Shown here in pieces: positions 33,013-42,545 of a stretch of 64,000 nt of DNA (positions within the stretch are counted from its first letter, which is position 1; every line of letters starts with the position of its first letter). The notes under the pieces were generated by a model. The model had not been told where the DNA came from and ran no database searches. It was given only the letters and a program-made list of their open reading frames with translations. The stretch spans positions 659-64,658 of the forward strand of contig CACIBQ010000001.1 of NCBI GenBank assembly GCA_902584915.1. Direction: 5' to 3'. The translations under genes and the position numbers were made by a program. Source of the DNA: an uncultured Pelagibacteraceae bacterium. GTDB taxonomy: Bacteria > Pseudomonadota > Alphaproteobacteria > Pelagibacterales > Pelagibacteraceae.

Positions 33013-33468
33013 TTATTGGCTGGATAAGAAAAAAATTATATCTTCACTTAATAAATTTGAGAGGCTTTCTTTATATTTTTTTTCTAATTCATTTTCATCA
33101 ATTTTTTTTACTTGCACTGTTAACGATCTGTTTCTTTCAAAACTTTTATTTATTTCGTTACCTTCATTCGAAATAGCAGTAACATTTGCTTTAATTCTAA
33201 TATTATAATTTGTTGGATTCCCTGATCTGTCTTTGCTTGCAATAGTTTTTTCATAAATTGAAGTGATATTAATATTATAGTTTTTTGTATTTTCGTTAGG
33301 TTTTTGATATTTCTTTAAATTGTTCAAAATATAGTTACTTATTTTTTTATCACCAGAAAAATTTAAATCAGTTATGTAAAAACTAATTTTTTCTGTATTT
33401 AATAATGGTGAGTAGCCACAACTAGTAAGAAATATAAAAAAAGTAAGTATAGTTATTTTTTTTGTCAT
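33013..33468 (-). CDS. lptE: LptE-like LPS assembly lipoprotein
   Basis: Lipobox LTSCGYSPL; between leuS and holA. Confidence 0.75.
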   Translation of the reverse strand: MTKKITILTFFIFLTSCGYSPLLNTEKISFYITDLNFSGDKKISNYILNNLKKYQKPNENTKNYNINITSIYEKTIASKDRSGNPTNYNIRIKANVTAISNEGNEINKSFERNRSLTVQVKKIDENELEKKYKESLSNLLSEDIIFFLSSQ

Positions 33469-36002
33469 TAAATTAAAAAATTTATTAATCTATTTTTTAC
33501 GTAAAAACGTTTTTTTATTGTATTCTCTTTTAAGAATTTAGCAAAATTTTTGCTTTTTAAAATTTCTTTAACCAGGTCTTCCTCTAAAATATCTTTTTTT
33601 GTACTAAGAATTCCTCTTTTTTTACCATTAAATTGCACCACAATATTTATGTTTTCCTCTATTAAAAATTTTTCATCAACATTTGGCCAATCGATAGTAC
33701 TTATTTTTAATTTATCTAAGCACTCAGATGATAGATGAGGAACCACTGGTAAGATTGATATTAAAAATTTAGAATATTCTGTTATTAAATTAGAATAATT
33801 TTCGTTTTTCTTTGTAATTTGACTTAAAAAAGAATGCGCCTCATAGATATTTGCGATTATCACATTATAGTGAAAATTAGATAGATTTTTTTCAATTTTA
33901 TTTAAATATTGATTTATAAACTTTGAAAGTTCATTTGATGATACTGTTTTTTTTTGATTATTTAATTCTTTAATTTTTTCGTTTAGTACAAATAATTTTT
34001 GAATAAACTTATAAGATGAAAGCATACCTTGCTCAGACCACTGAACGTCTTTTTCAGGTGGACTATCCGACAAAATAAAAAATCTTACTGCGTCAGCTCC
34101 ATAGAGATTAATAATTTTTTCTGGATCTATGGTATTTCTTTTTGATTTTGACATGGATTCAGAAGATCCAACAAATATTTTATTTGAATTATCAGATTTT
34201 AAAAAATAATTTTTCCCATCCTTTGTTGTCACTTCATCTGGGCTTCGCCAGTTATTTTCTTGATCCTTATAAGTTTCATGGCACACCATACCTTGTGTAA
34301 ATAATCCTTTGAACGGTTCTTTTAATTTAAATTCATTATTTTGATAACTAATTGCTCTCATGAAAAATCTGGAATATAGAAGATGCAAAATAGCATGCTC
34401 TACACCTCCGATATATTGATCAACTGGCATCCAATATTTTACTTCTTCATTATCAAATGGTTCTTCCTTATTTTTAGGAGAGCAAAATCTTAAATAGTAC
34501 CAAGAAGAATCTACAAAAGTGTCTAAGGTATCTGTTTCTCTATAATAAGTTTTTCCATCCACTTTTATTTTGCGCCACTCTTCTGTGTTCGAAAGTGGGT
34601 TACCCTTAGTATTTAAATTAATATTTTGAGGTAATTTTATTGGAAGTTGTTCTTCGGGAACAGTTTTGTATGATCCATTTTCATCATATATAATTGGTAT
34701 TGGACAGCCCCAATATCTCTGTCTTGAAACTCCCCAATCTTTTAATCTAAAATTAATTTTTTTCTTTCCAATCTTTTTTTCTTCTAAAATTTTTATGGTT
34801 TCAATTACAGATTCGTCAGGTGCGTTAAAACCATTTAAAAATTTTGAATTAATAATAACACCTGGTCCAGGATATGCTTCATTTGTAACTTTAAAATCAT
34901 CTTTCTCGTTTAAAGGTTTAACTACAGTTTTGATTTCTAATTTATATTTTTTTGCAAAATCAAAATCTCTTTGATCATGACCAGGGCAACCAAATACAGC
35001 TCCGAATCCATAGTCCATTAATACAAAGTTTGCAAAATAAACTGGTACTTTTAAAGTTTTGTCTAGTGGATTTATTGCCAAAAGATTTGTTTTAAATCCA
35101 ATTTTTTCTGCATTTGCTATTGATTCTTCAGTAGTTCCACTTTTTGAACATTTTTCTCTAAAATCTATAAAATTAGGATCATTTCTATAAAATTCAGATA
35201 AAGGATGATCCACAGAAATAGCTAAAAATGAAAAACCAAACAATGTATCTGGTCTAGTAGTAAAGCATTTAATTTTTTTAACTTTATCGTCCCCAACAAT
35301 ATCAAAATCTATTTCACAACCAAAAGATTTTCCAATCCAGTTTTGCTGCATAACTTTTACTTTATTTGGCCATTCATCAAGATTATCCAATTCATTTTGA
35401 AGTTCATCAGCAAATTCAGAAATTTTAAAAAACCACTGACTTAATTTTTTTCTTTCAACAACTGCCCCTGATCTCCAACCCTTGCCATCTATAACTTGTT
35501 CGTTTGCCAGAACTGTTTGGTCTACAGGATCCCAATTTACATAATTTTCTTTTTTATAAACTAATCCTTTATTAAACATTTCTATAAAAAATTTTTGTTG
35601 ATGTTTATAATATTCCTCAGAGCAAGTTGAGATTTCCCTGTTCCAATCAATCGAAAGACCTAATTGTTTCAACTGATTTTTCATAGTTTCAATATTATTT
35701 TCAGTCCAAATTTTTGGATCTTGTTTATTTTCTTTTGCAGCATTTTCAGCTGGCATACCAAATGAATCCCATCCCATTGGATGAAGAACATTAAAACCTT
35801 TTAGAGATTTAAATCTCGATAAAACATCTCCAATTGTGTAATTCCTTACATGCCCCATATGAATTTTGCCAGAAGGATAGGGGAACATTTCTAAACAATA
35901 GAATTTTTTCTTTTTTTTATTTAGTTGAGTTTTAAATACTTCGTTCTTTTCCCAAAATTTTTGCCATTTAGCTTCAATTATTTTGAAATTGTATCTTTCC
36001 AC
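33468..36002 (-). CDS. leuS: Leucine--tRNA ligase
   Basis: [48 protein letters not shown]. Confidence 0.99.
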   Translation of the reverse strand: MERYNFKIIEAKWQKFWEKNEVFKTQLNKKKKKFYCLEMFPYPSGKIHMGHVRNYTIGDVLSRFKSLKGFNVLHPMGWDSFGMPAENAAKENKQDPKIWTENNIETMKNQLKQLGLSIDWNREISTCSEEYYKHQQKFFIEMFNKGLVYKKENYVNWDPVDQTVLANEQVIDGKGWRSGAVVERKKLSQWFFKISEFADELQNELDNLDEWPNKVKVMQQNWIGKSFGCEIDFDIVGDDKVKKIKCFTTRPDTLFGFSFLAISVDHPLSEFYRNDPNFIDFREKCSKSGTTEESIANAEKIGFKTNLLAINPLDKTLKVPVYFANFVLMDYGFGAVFGCPGHDQRDFDFAKKYKLEIKTVVKPLNEKDDFKVTNEAYPGPGVIINSKFLNGFNAPDESVIETIKILEEKKIGKKKINFRLKDWGVSRQRYWGCPIPIIYDENGSYKTVPEEQLPIKLPQNINLNTKGNPLSNTEEWRKIKVDGKTYYRETDTLDTFVDSSWYYLRFCSPKNKEEPFDNEEVKYWMPVDQYIGGVEHAILHLLYSRFFMRAISYQNNEFKLKEPFKGLFTQGMVCHETYKDQENNWRSPDEVTTKDGKNYFLKSDNSNKIFVGSSESMSKSKRNTIDPEKIINLYGADAVRFFILSDSPPEKDVQWSEQGMLSSYKFIQKLFVLNEKIKELNNQKKTVSSNELSKFINQYLNKIEKNLSNFHYNVIIANIYEAHSFLSQITKKNENYSNLITEYSKFLISILPVVPHLSSECLDKLKISTIDWPNVDEKFLIEENINIVVQFNGKKRGILSTKKDILEEDLVKEILKSKNFAKFLKENTIKKRFYVKNRLINFLI

Positions 36003-36008
36003 TGATGG

Positions 36009-36587
36009 TTAATTTCCCTGCTGATCATCCAGGGCCTCATTGATATATGGGTTTTCTTTTTTATTTTTTTCAATTCCTTCTTTTTCATATTTTGCTGCTT
36101 TTTTTAAAATACTAACCATCAATTGATTTGATAATTTTCCTTTGTTTTCTGTAACAGAACAATTAAAATTTTTATCGCATTGTTTTAAAAAAACTTTTAC
36201 ATCAAGAGCGTCAGCTCTAATTTCATTAGTGAGAAATCTAATTGAAATTTTTATAGCTTCATCAGTTTTATTATTTTCTGAATACCAGTCAGTTATTACT
36301 ATACCTCCACTATAATTTGCAGAAACTAGAGGCATAAAATCAATTGTATCTAATGCTGCTCTCCACAAATAATTAGAACTTGCAAAATCAAATTTTCCTC
36401 CCTGAACTCCTCCCATTAATCTAAATCCTCGACCTTCTTCGATGTTTTTTCTTACTCTCTCCTCAGGGTTAATTGGAACTTCACCTGCTTTGGTAGGTTT
36501 GTATTTTAGAGCCTGGCAAGACGTTAAAAAGGGCAATATTATAATAAGTAGTACAAACAAGTTTTTATAATTAATGCAATTTTTCAT
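36009..36587 (-). CDS. DUF3576 family lipoprotein
   Basis: Lipobox LTSC, LWRAALDTIDFMPL, GGIVITDWY; conserved upstream of leuS; start at 36587 preferred. Confidence 0.85.
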   Translation of the reverse strand: MKNCINYKNLFVLLIIILPFLTSCQALKYKPTKAGEVPINPEERVRKNIEEGRGFRLMGGVQGGKFDFASSNYLWRAALDTIDFMPLVSANYSGGIVITDWYSENNKTDEAIKISIRFLTNEIRADALDVKVFLKQCDKNFNCSVTENKGKLSNQLMVSILKKAAKYEKEGIEKNKKENPYINEALDDQQGN

Positions 36588-36827
36588 TGTATTTTTGAGT
36601 TTAACCCTTATTTTAACACAGATATTCAATATTTATCATCTAACCTTAAAGTGCCAATAAATAAATATAAAAAAAAACTGCAATATATATATCAAAATTG
36701 AAATTGATGTATTTATGCAACACTTCTACAAAATAAATAGATTATTAAACGTTTTTCCGACTAAATACTTAAATTATTTGCTAATAATCGACCAATTATA
36801 ATTAATTATAATAATTAAGGAGAAACA

Positions 36828-37775
36828 ATGGACAAACTAAGAAAAATAGGTTTGACGGCTCTTGCTGGAACATTTGCAGCAACTTCTGCTCAAGCTTTAG
36901 AAATGTCTGTATCAGGTAGTGCTGGATTCACATTTGCAACAGCAGATAATGATGAAACTACTGGTAACAGATTCTCTTTCGGTGATAGCTTAACGTTCTC
37001 TGGATCAGGTGAAACTGACCAAGGTTGGACTATAAGTGCATCAATCGAAGCTGATGGTGCGTCTGCAAACAACTACTATGATGACAGATCTTTAACTGTT
37101 GACATGGGCGATGCAGGTGCATTAAGTCTTAAACAATCAGGCGCAGTAGGAACTCCTGCAACGCAAACATCAAGTGCATACGGTTCAGTTTCGCACTCAT
37201 TGATTGCAGCAGCAGGTGCTGGTGTACACACAGCAGATGGTCTAGGAAGCGGTACTGATGGTGACACAAACATCGGTTACACAAATACTATCGGTGGAAT
37301 AAGTGTTGCTATAGGTTACACTGCAGGTATAACAGGTGGTTCTGACCATGCAATTAATTTAAGTTATTCTGACCTAATGGATGGCTTAACTGTATCATAT
37401 GGTATGTCAGACTTGAATAGTGCACAAGCTAGTGGAACAGAAGAGACACAAATTTCTGCTAAATATTCTATGGGCGGCATTACAGTTGGTTGGCATGATA
37501 TGTCAGCTGATGATGAAGCTGCTAGTGGAACAGACTACGATGCTAGAGCATGGAGTGTGTCATTTGCAGTTAACGATGACTTAACAGTATCTTACGATAC
37601 GTCAACTTCTGATAAAACTGGAACAGCTGTAGATGAAGAAGTAACTTCAATACAAGCTTCTTACACTATGGGATCTATGAAAATCAAAGGTCACGTGTCA
37701 AAAGCTGATAACTCAAACTTTGTATCAGGAAGCGAAGATAACGCAAAAGCAGTTGCAATATCTTGGTCATTCTAA
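36828..37775 (+). CDS. Major outer-membrane porin
   Basis: Signal peptide ending SAQA, amphipathic beta strands, terminal SWSF, strong AAGGAG RBS, intrinsic terminator, many C-ending codons typical of high expression. Confidence 0.88.
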   Translation: MDKLRKIGLTALAGTFAATSAQALEMSVSGSAGFTFATADNDETTGNRFSFGDSLTFSGSGETDQGWTISASIEADGASANNYYDDRSLTVDMGDAGALSLKQSGAVGTPATQTSSAYGSVSHSLIAAAGAGVHTADGLGSGTDGDTNIGYTNTIGGISVAIGYTAGITGGSDHAINLSYSDLMDGLTVSYGMSDLNSAQASGTEETQISAKYSMGGITVGWHDMSADDEAASGTDYDARAWSVSFAVNDDLTVSYDTSTSDKTGTAVDEEVTSIQASYTMGSMKIKGHVSKADNSNFVSGSEDNAKAVAISWSF

Positions 37776-37800
37776 TCTAAAGTTAGAACTTTAAAAAATT

Positions 37801-37834
37801 AAAAGGCCCCAAATTATTTGGGGCCTTTTTTTTT
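37801..37834. terminator. Intrinsic terminator after porin, probably bidirectional
   Basis: AAAAGGCCCCAAA-TTA-TTTGGGGCCTTTT perfect 13-bp stem; T9 run 37826-37834. Confidence 0.92.
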
Positions 37835-38359
37835 GAAAATGCTAATTCCAGCAATCCCTTTAAAATTTGATAGTTTTAGTAGTTTTATATTCTTATAATT
37901 AATTCCACCCAAAGCAATTTTTTCAAAGGCTGTATCTTCAAAAATGTACTTAAGTTTATGAATTCCTAAGGGAGATTTATTCTTATGTTTAAATATTGGT
38001 GATATGAATATTTCTTTAATTTTCTGTTTTTTTTTAATGTTTATTTCAATCTGGCTATGAGCTGAGCCAATTATTTTAAAGTTTTTTTTTAATTTATAAT
38101 TATTAAACCTAAAATCTTTGTTATGTGCTGAAATATATGCTCCGTTTAATTTTAGTTTTAAAGCTAATTTAACGTCATTTGATAAAAATAAACTCCTTTT
38201 ATATTTTTTGCAAAAATCAGCTAATTTACTAATTAATTTTAAATTTCTTTGTTTATATTTACTTCTCCAAATTAAAGATATATTTTTATCTAGCGCCTTT
38301 AAATGAACAGGATTAAAACTATCAATAAAATAATATTTTTTAAATTTTAATAAATGCAT
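37814..38359 (-). CDS. Thiamine phosphate synthase/TenI-like protein (divergent)
   Basis: IGSAHS, FISPIF, LGI, IALGGI, GIAGIS; lies next to yggS as in other alphaproteobacteria. Confidence 0.8.
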   Translation of the reverse strand: MHLLKFKKYYFIDSFNPVHLKALDKNISLIWRSKYKQRNLKLISKLADFCKKYKRSLFLSNDVKLALKLKLNGAYISAHNKDFRFNNYKLKKNFKIIGSAHSQIEINIKKKQKIKEIFISPIFKHKNKSPLGIHKLKYIFEDTAFEKIALGGINYKNIKLLKLSNFKGIAGISIFKKKGPK

Positions 38360-39016
38360 CAGAGTGTTAAAAACATAATTGATTTAAACAATAAAGTTAA
38401 GCAAAAGATTCAAGAACTAAATTACACAAATTACAATCCAAAGATAATTGCAGTTTCCAAAACCTTTAGCATGGATAATATTTTACCATTAATTGAATAT
38501 GGACACCAACACTTCGGTGAAAATAAAGTTCAGGAAGCATATGCAAAATGGGTTGAAATTAAAAATAAAAAAAATGACTTGATGCTTCATATGATTGGAA
38601 GATTACAATCAAATAAAGTAAAACAAGCAGTAAAGATATTTGATTATATACATTCTTTAGATAGTCTTAAATTAGCAAAAAAAATTTCTGAGGAGCAAAA
38701 TAAACAAAAAAAAAAATTAAAATTTTTTATACAAGTAAATATTGGAGAAGAAGTTCAAAAAAACGGTTTATCTTTAAATGAGGCGAACGAGCTAGCAAAG
38801 CAGTGCAAAGATATGAATTTAGATGTAATTGGTCTAATGTGTTTACCCCCAATAAACTATGCTTCTTCAAAATACTTTTCTATAATTAAAAAAAAAAATG
38901 ATGATTTAAAATTTAAAAGTTTAAGTTTAGGAATGTCCGATGATTATATTGAAGCTATACATTATAAATCTACTTTTTTTAGAATAGGAACAAAAATTTT
39001 CGGAAAAAGAATTTAA
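38354..39016 (+). CDS. yggS: PLP homeostasis protein (YggS/PipY family)
   Basis: IAVSKT, FGENKVQEA, HMIGRLQSNK, GLMCLPP, LSLGMSDDY, RIGTKIFG. Confidence 0.96.
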   Translation: MHQSVKNIIDLNNKVKQKIQELNYTNYNPKIIAVSKTFSMDNILPLIEYGHQHFGENKVQEAYAKWVEIKNKKNDLMLHMIGRLQSNKVKQAVKIFDYIHSLDSLKLAKKISEEQNKQKKKLKFFIQVNIGEEVQKNGLSLNEANELAKQCKDMNLDVIGLMCLPPINYASSKYFSIIKKKNDDLKFKSLSLGMSDDYIEAIHYKSTFFRIGTKIFGKRI

Positions 39017-39507
39017 AAAATTTTAATTTTTGTATGTTTATTAATTAAGTTTAGCATCACAAAAAAATCTTTCTTTTTTAAAGCTATACAGCCAGCAGTT
39101 GGTTTATAATTTTTCGTTAAATGTAGAAAGATAGCGCTACCTTTATTCTTAATTGGTTTATTAAAGTTATAACTTATTGGAAGTATAAAATCATAATTAT
39201 GGTTTATTCTGTGTAATTTTTCATAAGAATATTGAGTGTTTTTAGTAATTCTAACCAAACGATTATAGTAATTTGAATTGGAATCATTGCACCAACCCAT
39301 ATTTTTTTTAATAACTTTTGATTTTAACTTAGATTTAAAGTTATTTATTCTGTCCGACCTGTAATATAATTGTCCTATTCTGAACAATCCTTTTGGAGTT
39401 ATATTGTCTCCTTCTTTATGTTTCTTTTTAATTCCACCTTTTCCTACAGAGCATTTTAGTTTAAATTGATCTATATAAATTGTATTTTTTTTTAACTTAA
39501 TTATCAT
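39013..39507 (-). CDS. L,D-transpeptidase-like (YkuD) family protein
   Basis: EGDNITPKG, GWCND, GSAIFLH, PTAGCIAL. Confidence 0.9.
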   Translation of the reverse strand: MIIKLKKNTIYIDQFKLKCSVGKGGIKKKHKEGDNITPKGLFRIGQLYYRSDRINNFKSKLKSKVIKKNMGWCNDSNSNYYNRLVRITKNTQYSYEKLHRINHNYDFILPISYNFNKPIKNKGSAIFLHLTKNYKPTAGCIALKKKDFFVMLNLINKHTKIKIF

Positions 39508-39513
39508 ATTATT

Positions 39514-40080
39514 ATGAGTAAACTTAATGTTGCAATATTTAAATTACCTGCATTATACGAAATATTAATGGAGATTAAATCAGAATTAGATTTAAATTTA
39601 TTTAATTTTACAGAAAATAATGAGAATTTTAGAAATTTTATCTCAAAAAATCCATATGCATTAATTATTTCATCTGAAAAAAATAAAAATTTTAAAAATT
39701 TTATACATTATAATAAAATTTTAAAACTTAAAAACCTATTACATCAAATCAATATTTTTTGGTTAAAAAATAATTATGGAATTAAATCAAATATTACTGT
39801 TGGAAAATATAAAATAGATACAAACTCAAGACTTATTTCCAAGGAAAGTATATTTTTAAAATTAACAGAAAGGGAGATTAATTTGTTGATTTATCTCAAA
39901 AACTCAAAAGAAGAAAGAACAAGTTTAGATTTACAAAAGAATGTTTGGAAACATTCCAACGATCTAGAGACACACACAGTTGAAACACATATCTATCGTT
40001 TAAGGAAAAAAATTTTTGATAGTTTTGGTGATAATGAATTTATTATAAACAATAAATCAGGATATAAGATATTTGAATGA
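39514..40080 (+). CDS. OmpR-type winged-helix regulator, CenR-like, with degenerate receiver domain
   Basis: LTEREINLL..VW..ETHTVETHIYRLRKKI..GY; N-terminal half lacks the DD..D..K receiver residues. Confidence 0.8.
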   Translation: MSKLNVAIFKLPALYEILMEIKSELDLNLFNFTENNENFRNFISKNPYALIISSEKNKNFKNFIHYNKILKLKNLLHQINIFWLKNNYGIKSNITVGKYKIDTNSRLISKESIFLKLTEREINLLIYLKNSKEERTSLDLQKNVWKHSNDLETHTVETHIYRLRKKIFDSFGDNEFIINNKSGYKIFE

Positions 40081-40184
40081 AAAAAAGAAATTTCATAGCT
40101 AAAGATCTTTTTTCAAAAAAATTTAGACCAAAGAAAGTAAAACCTAAAAAAGGAAAGGGGAGTTTTAAGAGAAGAAAAAAATAG
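40077..40184 (+). CDS. arfA: ArfA-like alternative ribosome rescue factor, 35 aa (not in ORF track)
   Basis: MKKRNFIAKDLFSKKFRPKKVKPKKGKGSFKRRKK*; KKGKGS(F/Y)xR signature; ATGA overlap with upstream stop; fills the gap to the next gene. Confidence 0.78.
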   Translation: MKKRNFIAKDLFSKKFRPKKVKPKKGKGSFKRRKK

Positions 40185-40186
40185 AA

Positions 40187-41116
40187 CTATAGTCTAGCAC
40201 CTATTTGCTGAATAACTTTAGATGACATTTCTGTTCCCTTTTCTAAACTTTTTCTAATTGATAAATTATTTATATATCCATGCAAAAATCCAGCAGCAAA
40301 AAGATCTCCAGCGCCAGTTAAGTCAATAATTTTGAGATTTTTTTGAACACCACATTCGACAACCTCATCTCCTTTTATTGCTATGGCTCCATTTTTTCCT
40401 CTAGTAAGAACTATGAGTTTATTAATTTTTTTAGAAAAATTTACTACCTCTTCAAAGTTTTTAGCATCAATCAATGATGTAATTTCTTGTTCATTAGCAA
40501 ATGTAATATCTAATTTATTTTTTACTAAATCTAAAAAATGAGATTTATGTCGATCAACACAAAATTGATCCGATAATGACATTGCTACCTTGTTTGCATT
40601 ATTAATTGCTTTATCAAATGCTTTCTTTGGCTCACCCTCATCCCAAAGATATCCTTCGAGAAATATTATTTCACTTTTTTTAATTGCATCTGAACTAACA
40701 TCCTCCTCATTAATTTTTCCTGCAGTACCCAAAAATGTGCACATAGTTCGCTCTGAGTCTGGTGTAACTAAAATTAAACAAGTTCCTGTTGGTAACTCCT
40801 CGTTTTTTTTAGAATAAAAATATTCTACATTTTCTTTTTTTAACCCCTCTTCGTATTTATTTCCAAGATCATCATCAGATACTTTACCTATAAATCCTAC
40901 TTTATTACCTAGTTGAGATATACCCACGATAGAATTTGCTACTGATCCACCAGAAACAGTTTTTTCTATTTTAAGACTAGTTAATAATTTTTTAAATTCA
41001 TTTTCATCAAAAATTAATTTCATGGTGCTTTTTGTTAAACCATTTTGAGTAATAAAATTGTCATCAACTTTGCAGATAACATCAACAATTGCATTTCCAA
41101 TTCCTAAAATTTTCAT
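40187..41116 (-). CDS. PfkB family carbohydrate kinase (adenosine kinase-like)
   Basis: GIGNAIVDV, SGGSVANS, ERTMCTFLG, FANEQE, DLTGAGDLFAAGF. Confidence 0.93.
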   Translation of the reverse strand: MKILGIGNAIVDVICKVDDNFITQNGLTKSTMKLIFDENEFKKLLTSLKIEKTVSGGSVANSIVGISQLGNKVGFIGKVSDDDLGNKYEEGLKKENVEYFYSKKNEELPTGTCLILVTPDSERTMCTFLGTAGKINEEDVSSDAIKKSEIIFLEGYLWDEGEPKKAFDKAINNANKVAMSLSDQFCVDRHKSHFLDLVKNKLDITFANEQEITSLIDAKNFEEVVNFSKKINKLIVLTRGKNGAIAIKGDEVVECGVQKNLKIIDLTGAGDLFAAGFLHGYINNLSIRKSLEKGTEMSSKVIQQIGARL

Positions 41117-41118
41117 AA

Positions 41119-41772
41119 TTAAGCTTTCTTTGTTTTAATTGGTGATTTTCTTTTAGGATAACAAGTAGTACAAATTTTACAAGTTAAACCATAACATTCT
41201 CTAGCTTTACAATATTCTCTTCCATAATAAATAATTTGAAGGTGAAGTTTATTCCAAAACTTTTTGGGAAATAATTTTTTTAAATCCTTCTCAGTTTGGA
41301 CAACATTTTTGCCATTAGTTAAGCCCCATCTTTGTGCTAGTCGATGAATATGTGTATCCACAGGAAATGCTGGATGACCAAATCCTTGAGCCATAACTAC
41401 ACTTGCGGTTTTATGACCCACACCTGGTAACTTTTCAAGTTTCTCAAAATTATTAGGAACTTTTCCACCATGTTTTTTAATTATTTGTTTTGATAATAAA
41501 TAAACACTTTTTGCTTTAACTCTGAATATTCCAATACTTTTGATAAGATTTTCAATTTTTTTTCTTCCTAATTTTACAAAATGTTCTGGTTTATTGTATT
41601 TTGGATAAATATTTTTTGTTACATTATTTACATTAACATCTGTAGTTTGGGCAGATAACAAAACAGAAATTAATAGAGTGAATTTATTTTTATGTTTTAA
41701 TGGAATTGTTGTTTTTGGGTAAATTTTATTAAGAATTTTTAGTATTATTTTAGATCTTTGAACTTCATTCAT
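41119..41772 (-). CDS. nth: Endonuclease III
   Basis: LLSAQTTD, LPGVGHKTA, FPVDTHIHRL, C-terminal Cys cluster. Confidence 0.95.
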   Translation of the reverse strand: MNEVQRSKIILKILNKIYPKTTIPLKHKNKFTLLISVLLSAQTTDVNVNNVTKNIYPKYNKPEHFVKLGRKKIENLIKSIGIFRVKAKSVYLLSKQIIKKHGGKVPNNFEKLEKLPGVGHKTASVVMAQGFGHPAFPVDTHIHRLAQRWGLTNGKNVVQTEKDLKKLFPKKFWNKLHLQIIYYGREYCKARECYGLTCKICTTCYPKRKSPIKTKKA

Positions 41773-42545
41773 TTGAAATTCAAAACATCTCTCATTGAAT
41801 AAAGTCCTGGTTTTTTATTCATTAACCATTTAGCTGCTGCGAATGCTCCTTCCGAATAAAGAGCTCTATCAAATGCTTCATGATTTAATGTAATTATTTC
41901 TTTACCACTTGAGAAAGTTACCTCATGTTCACCTATAACTTCACCTTTTCTTAAAGAATTAAAATTAATTTTTTTTCCATATGGAAAAGATTTTTTGTTT
42001 AAATATTTTTTTCCTATTAATTTATAAAAGTCTTTGTTCTTTCCAATGGCTACACCTTTTCCAAGCATTAAAGCAGTACCTGAGGGATGATCTTTTTTGT
42101 GTTTATGATGAATTTCAAAGACTTTACTTAAGAAATTATTTCCAAGAGATCTTGATGCTATTTCTGTTAAATACATCAGTAAATTTATTCCTAAACTCAT
42201 GTTACCAGCCCTAAGTATTGGTATTTTTCTTGAATATTTTTTTATTAAGTTTTCTTCTTTTTTAGAAAAGCCAGTTGTTCCAATAACTACCCTTTTTTTA
42301 AGTTTTGATGCAATTTTTAAAACTTCAAAAGTGCATTTTGGAACTGTAAAATCTATTATTAAATTTACTTTTTTAAAAGCTTCTACAGTATTTAAGCTAG
42401 GTTTAATTCCATGAATTTTTTTATTTATTTTTCTATTTTCAGTAAGAGTTACTATTTTAAAATTTTTATCAGATTTGGCTGATTTAATAATCTGTTGCCC
42501 CATCCTTCCCATACATCCAGTAATAGCTAAATTAATTTTTTTCAT
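41769..42545 (-). CDS. dapB: 4-hydroxy-tetrahydrodipicolinate reductase
   Basis: GCMGRMG, IDFT, IGTTG, EIHHKHKKDHPSGTA, GEH. Confidence 0.97.
   Translation of the reverse strand: MKKINLAITGCMGRMGQQIIKSAKSDKNFKIVTLTENRKINKKIHGIKPSLNTVEAFKKVNLIIDFTVPKCTFEVLKIASKLKKRVVIGTTGFSKKEENLIKKYSRKIPILRAGNMSLGINLLMYLTEIASRSLGNNFLSKVFEIHHKHKKDHPSGTALMLGKGVAIGKNKDFYKLIGKKYLNKKSFPYGKKINFNSLRKGEVIGEHEVTFSSGKEIITLNHEAFDRALYSEGAFAAAKWLMNKKPGLYSMRDVLNFK

Noticed and set aside
34140-34160. LeuS SMSKS instead of KMSKS
   Set aside because: Common variant in alphaproteobacterial LeuS
36828-37775. Higher GC of the porin as evidence of foreign origin
   Set aside because: Explained by Gly/Ala/Ser/Thr/Asp richness and high-expression codon choice; the leuS-DUF3576-porin-yggS position is typical
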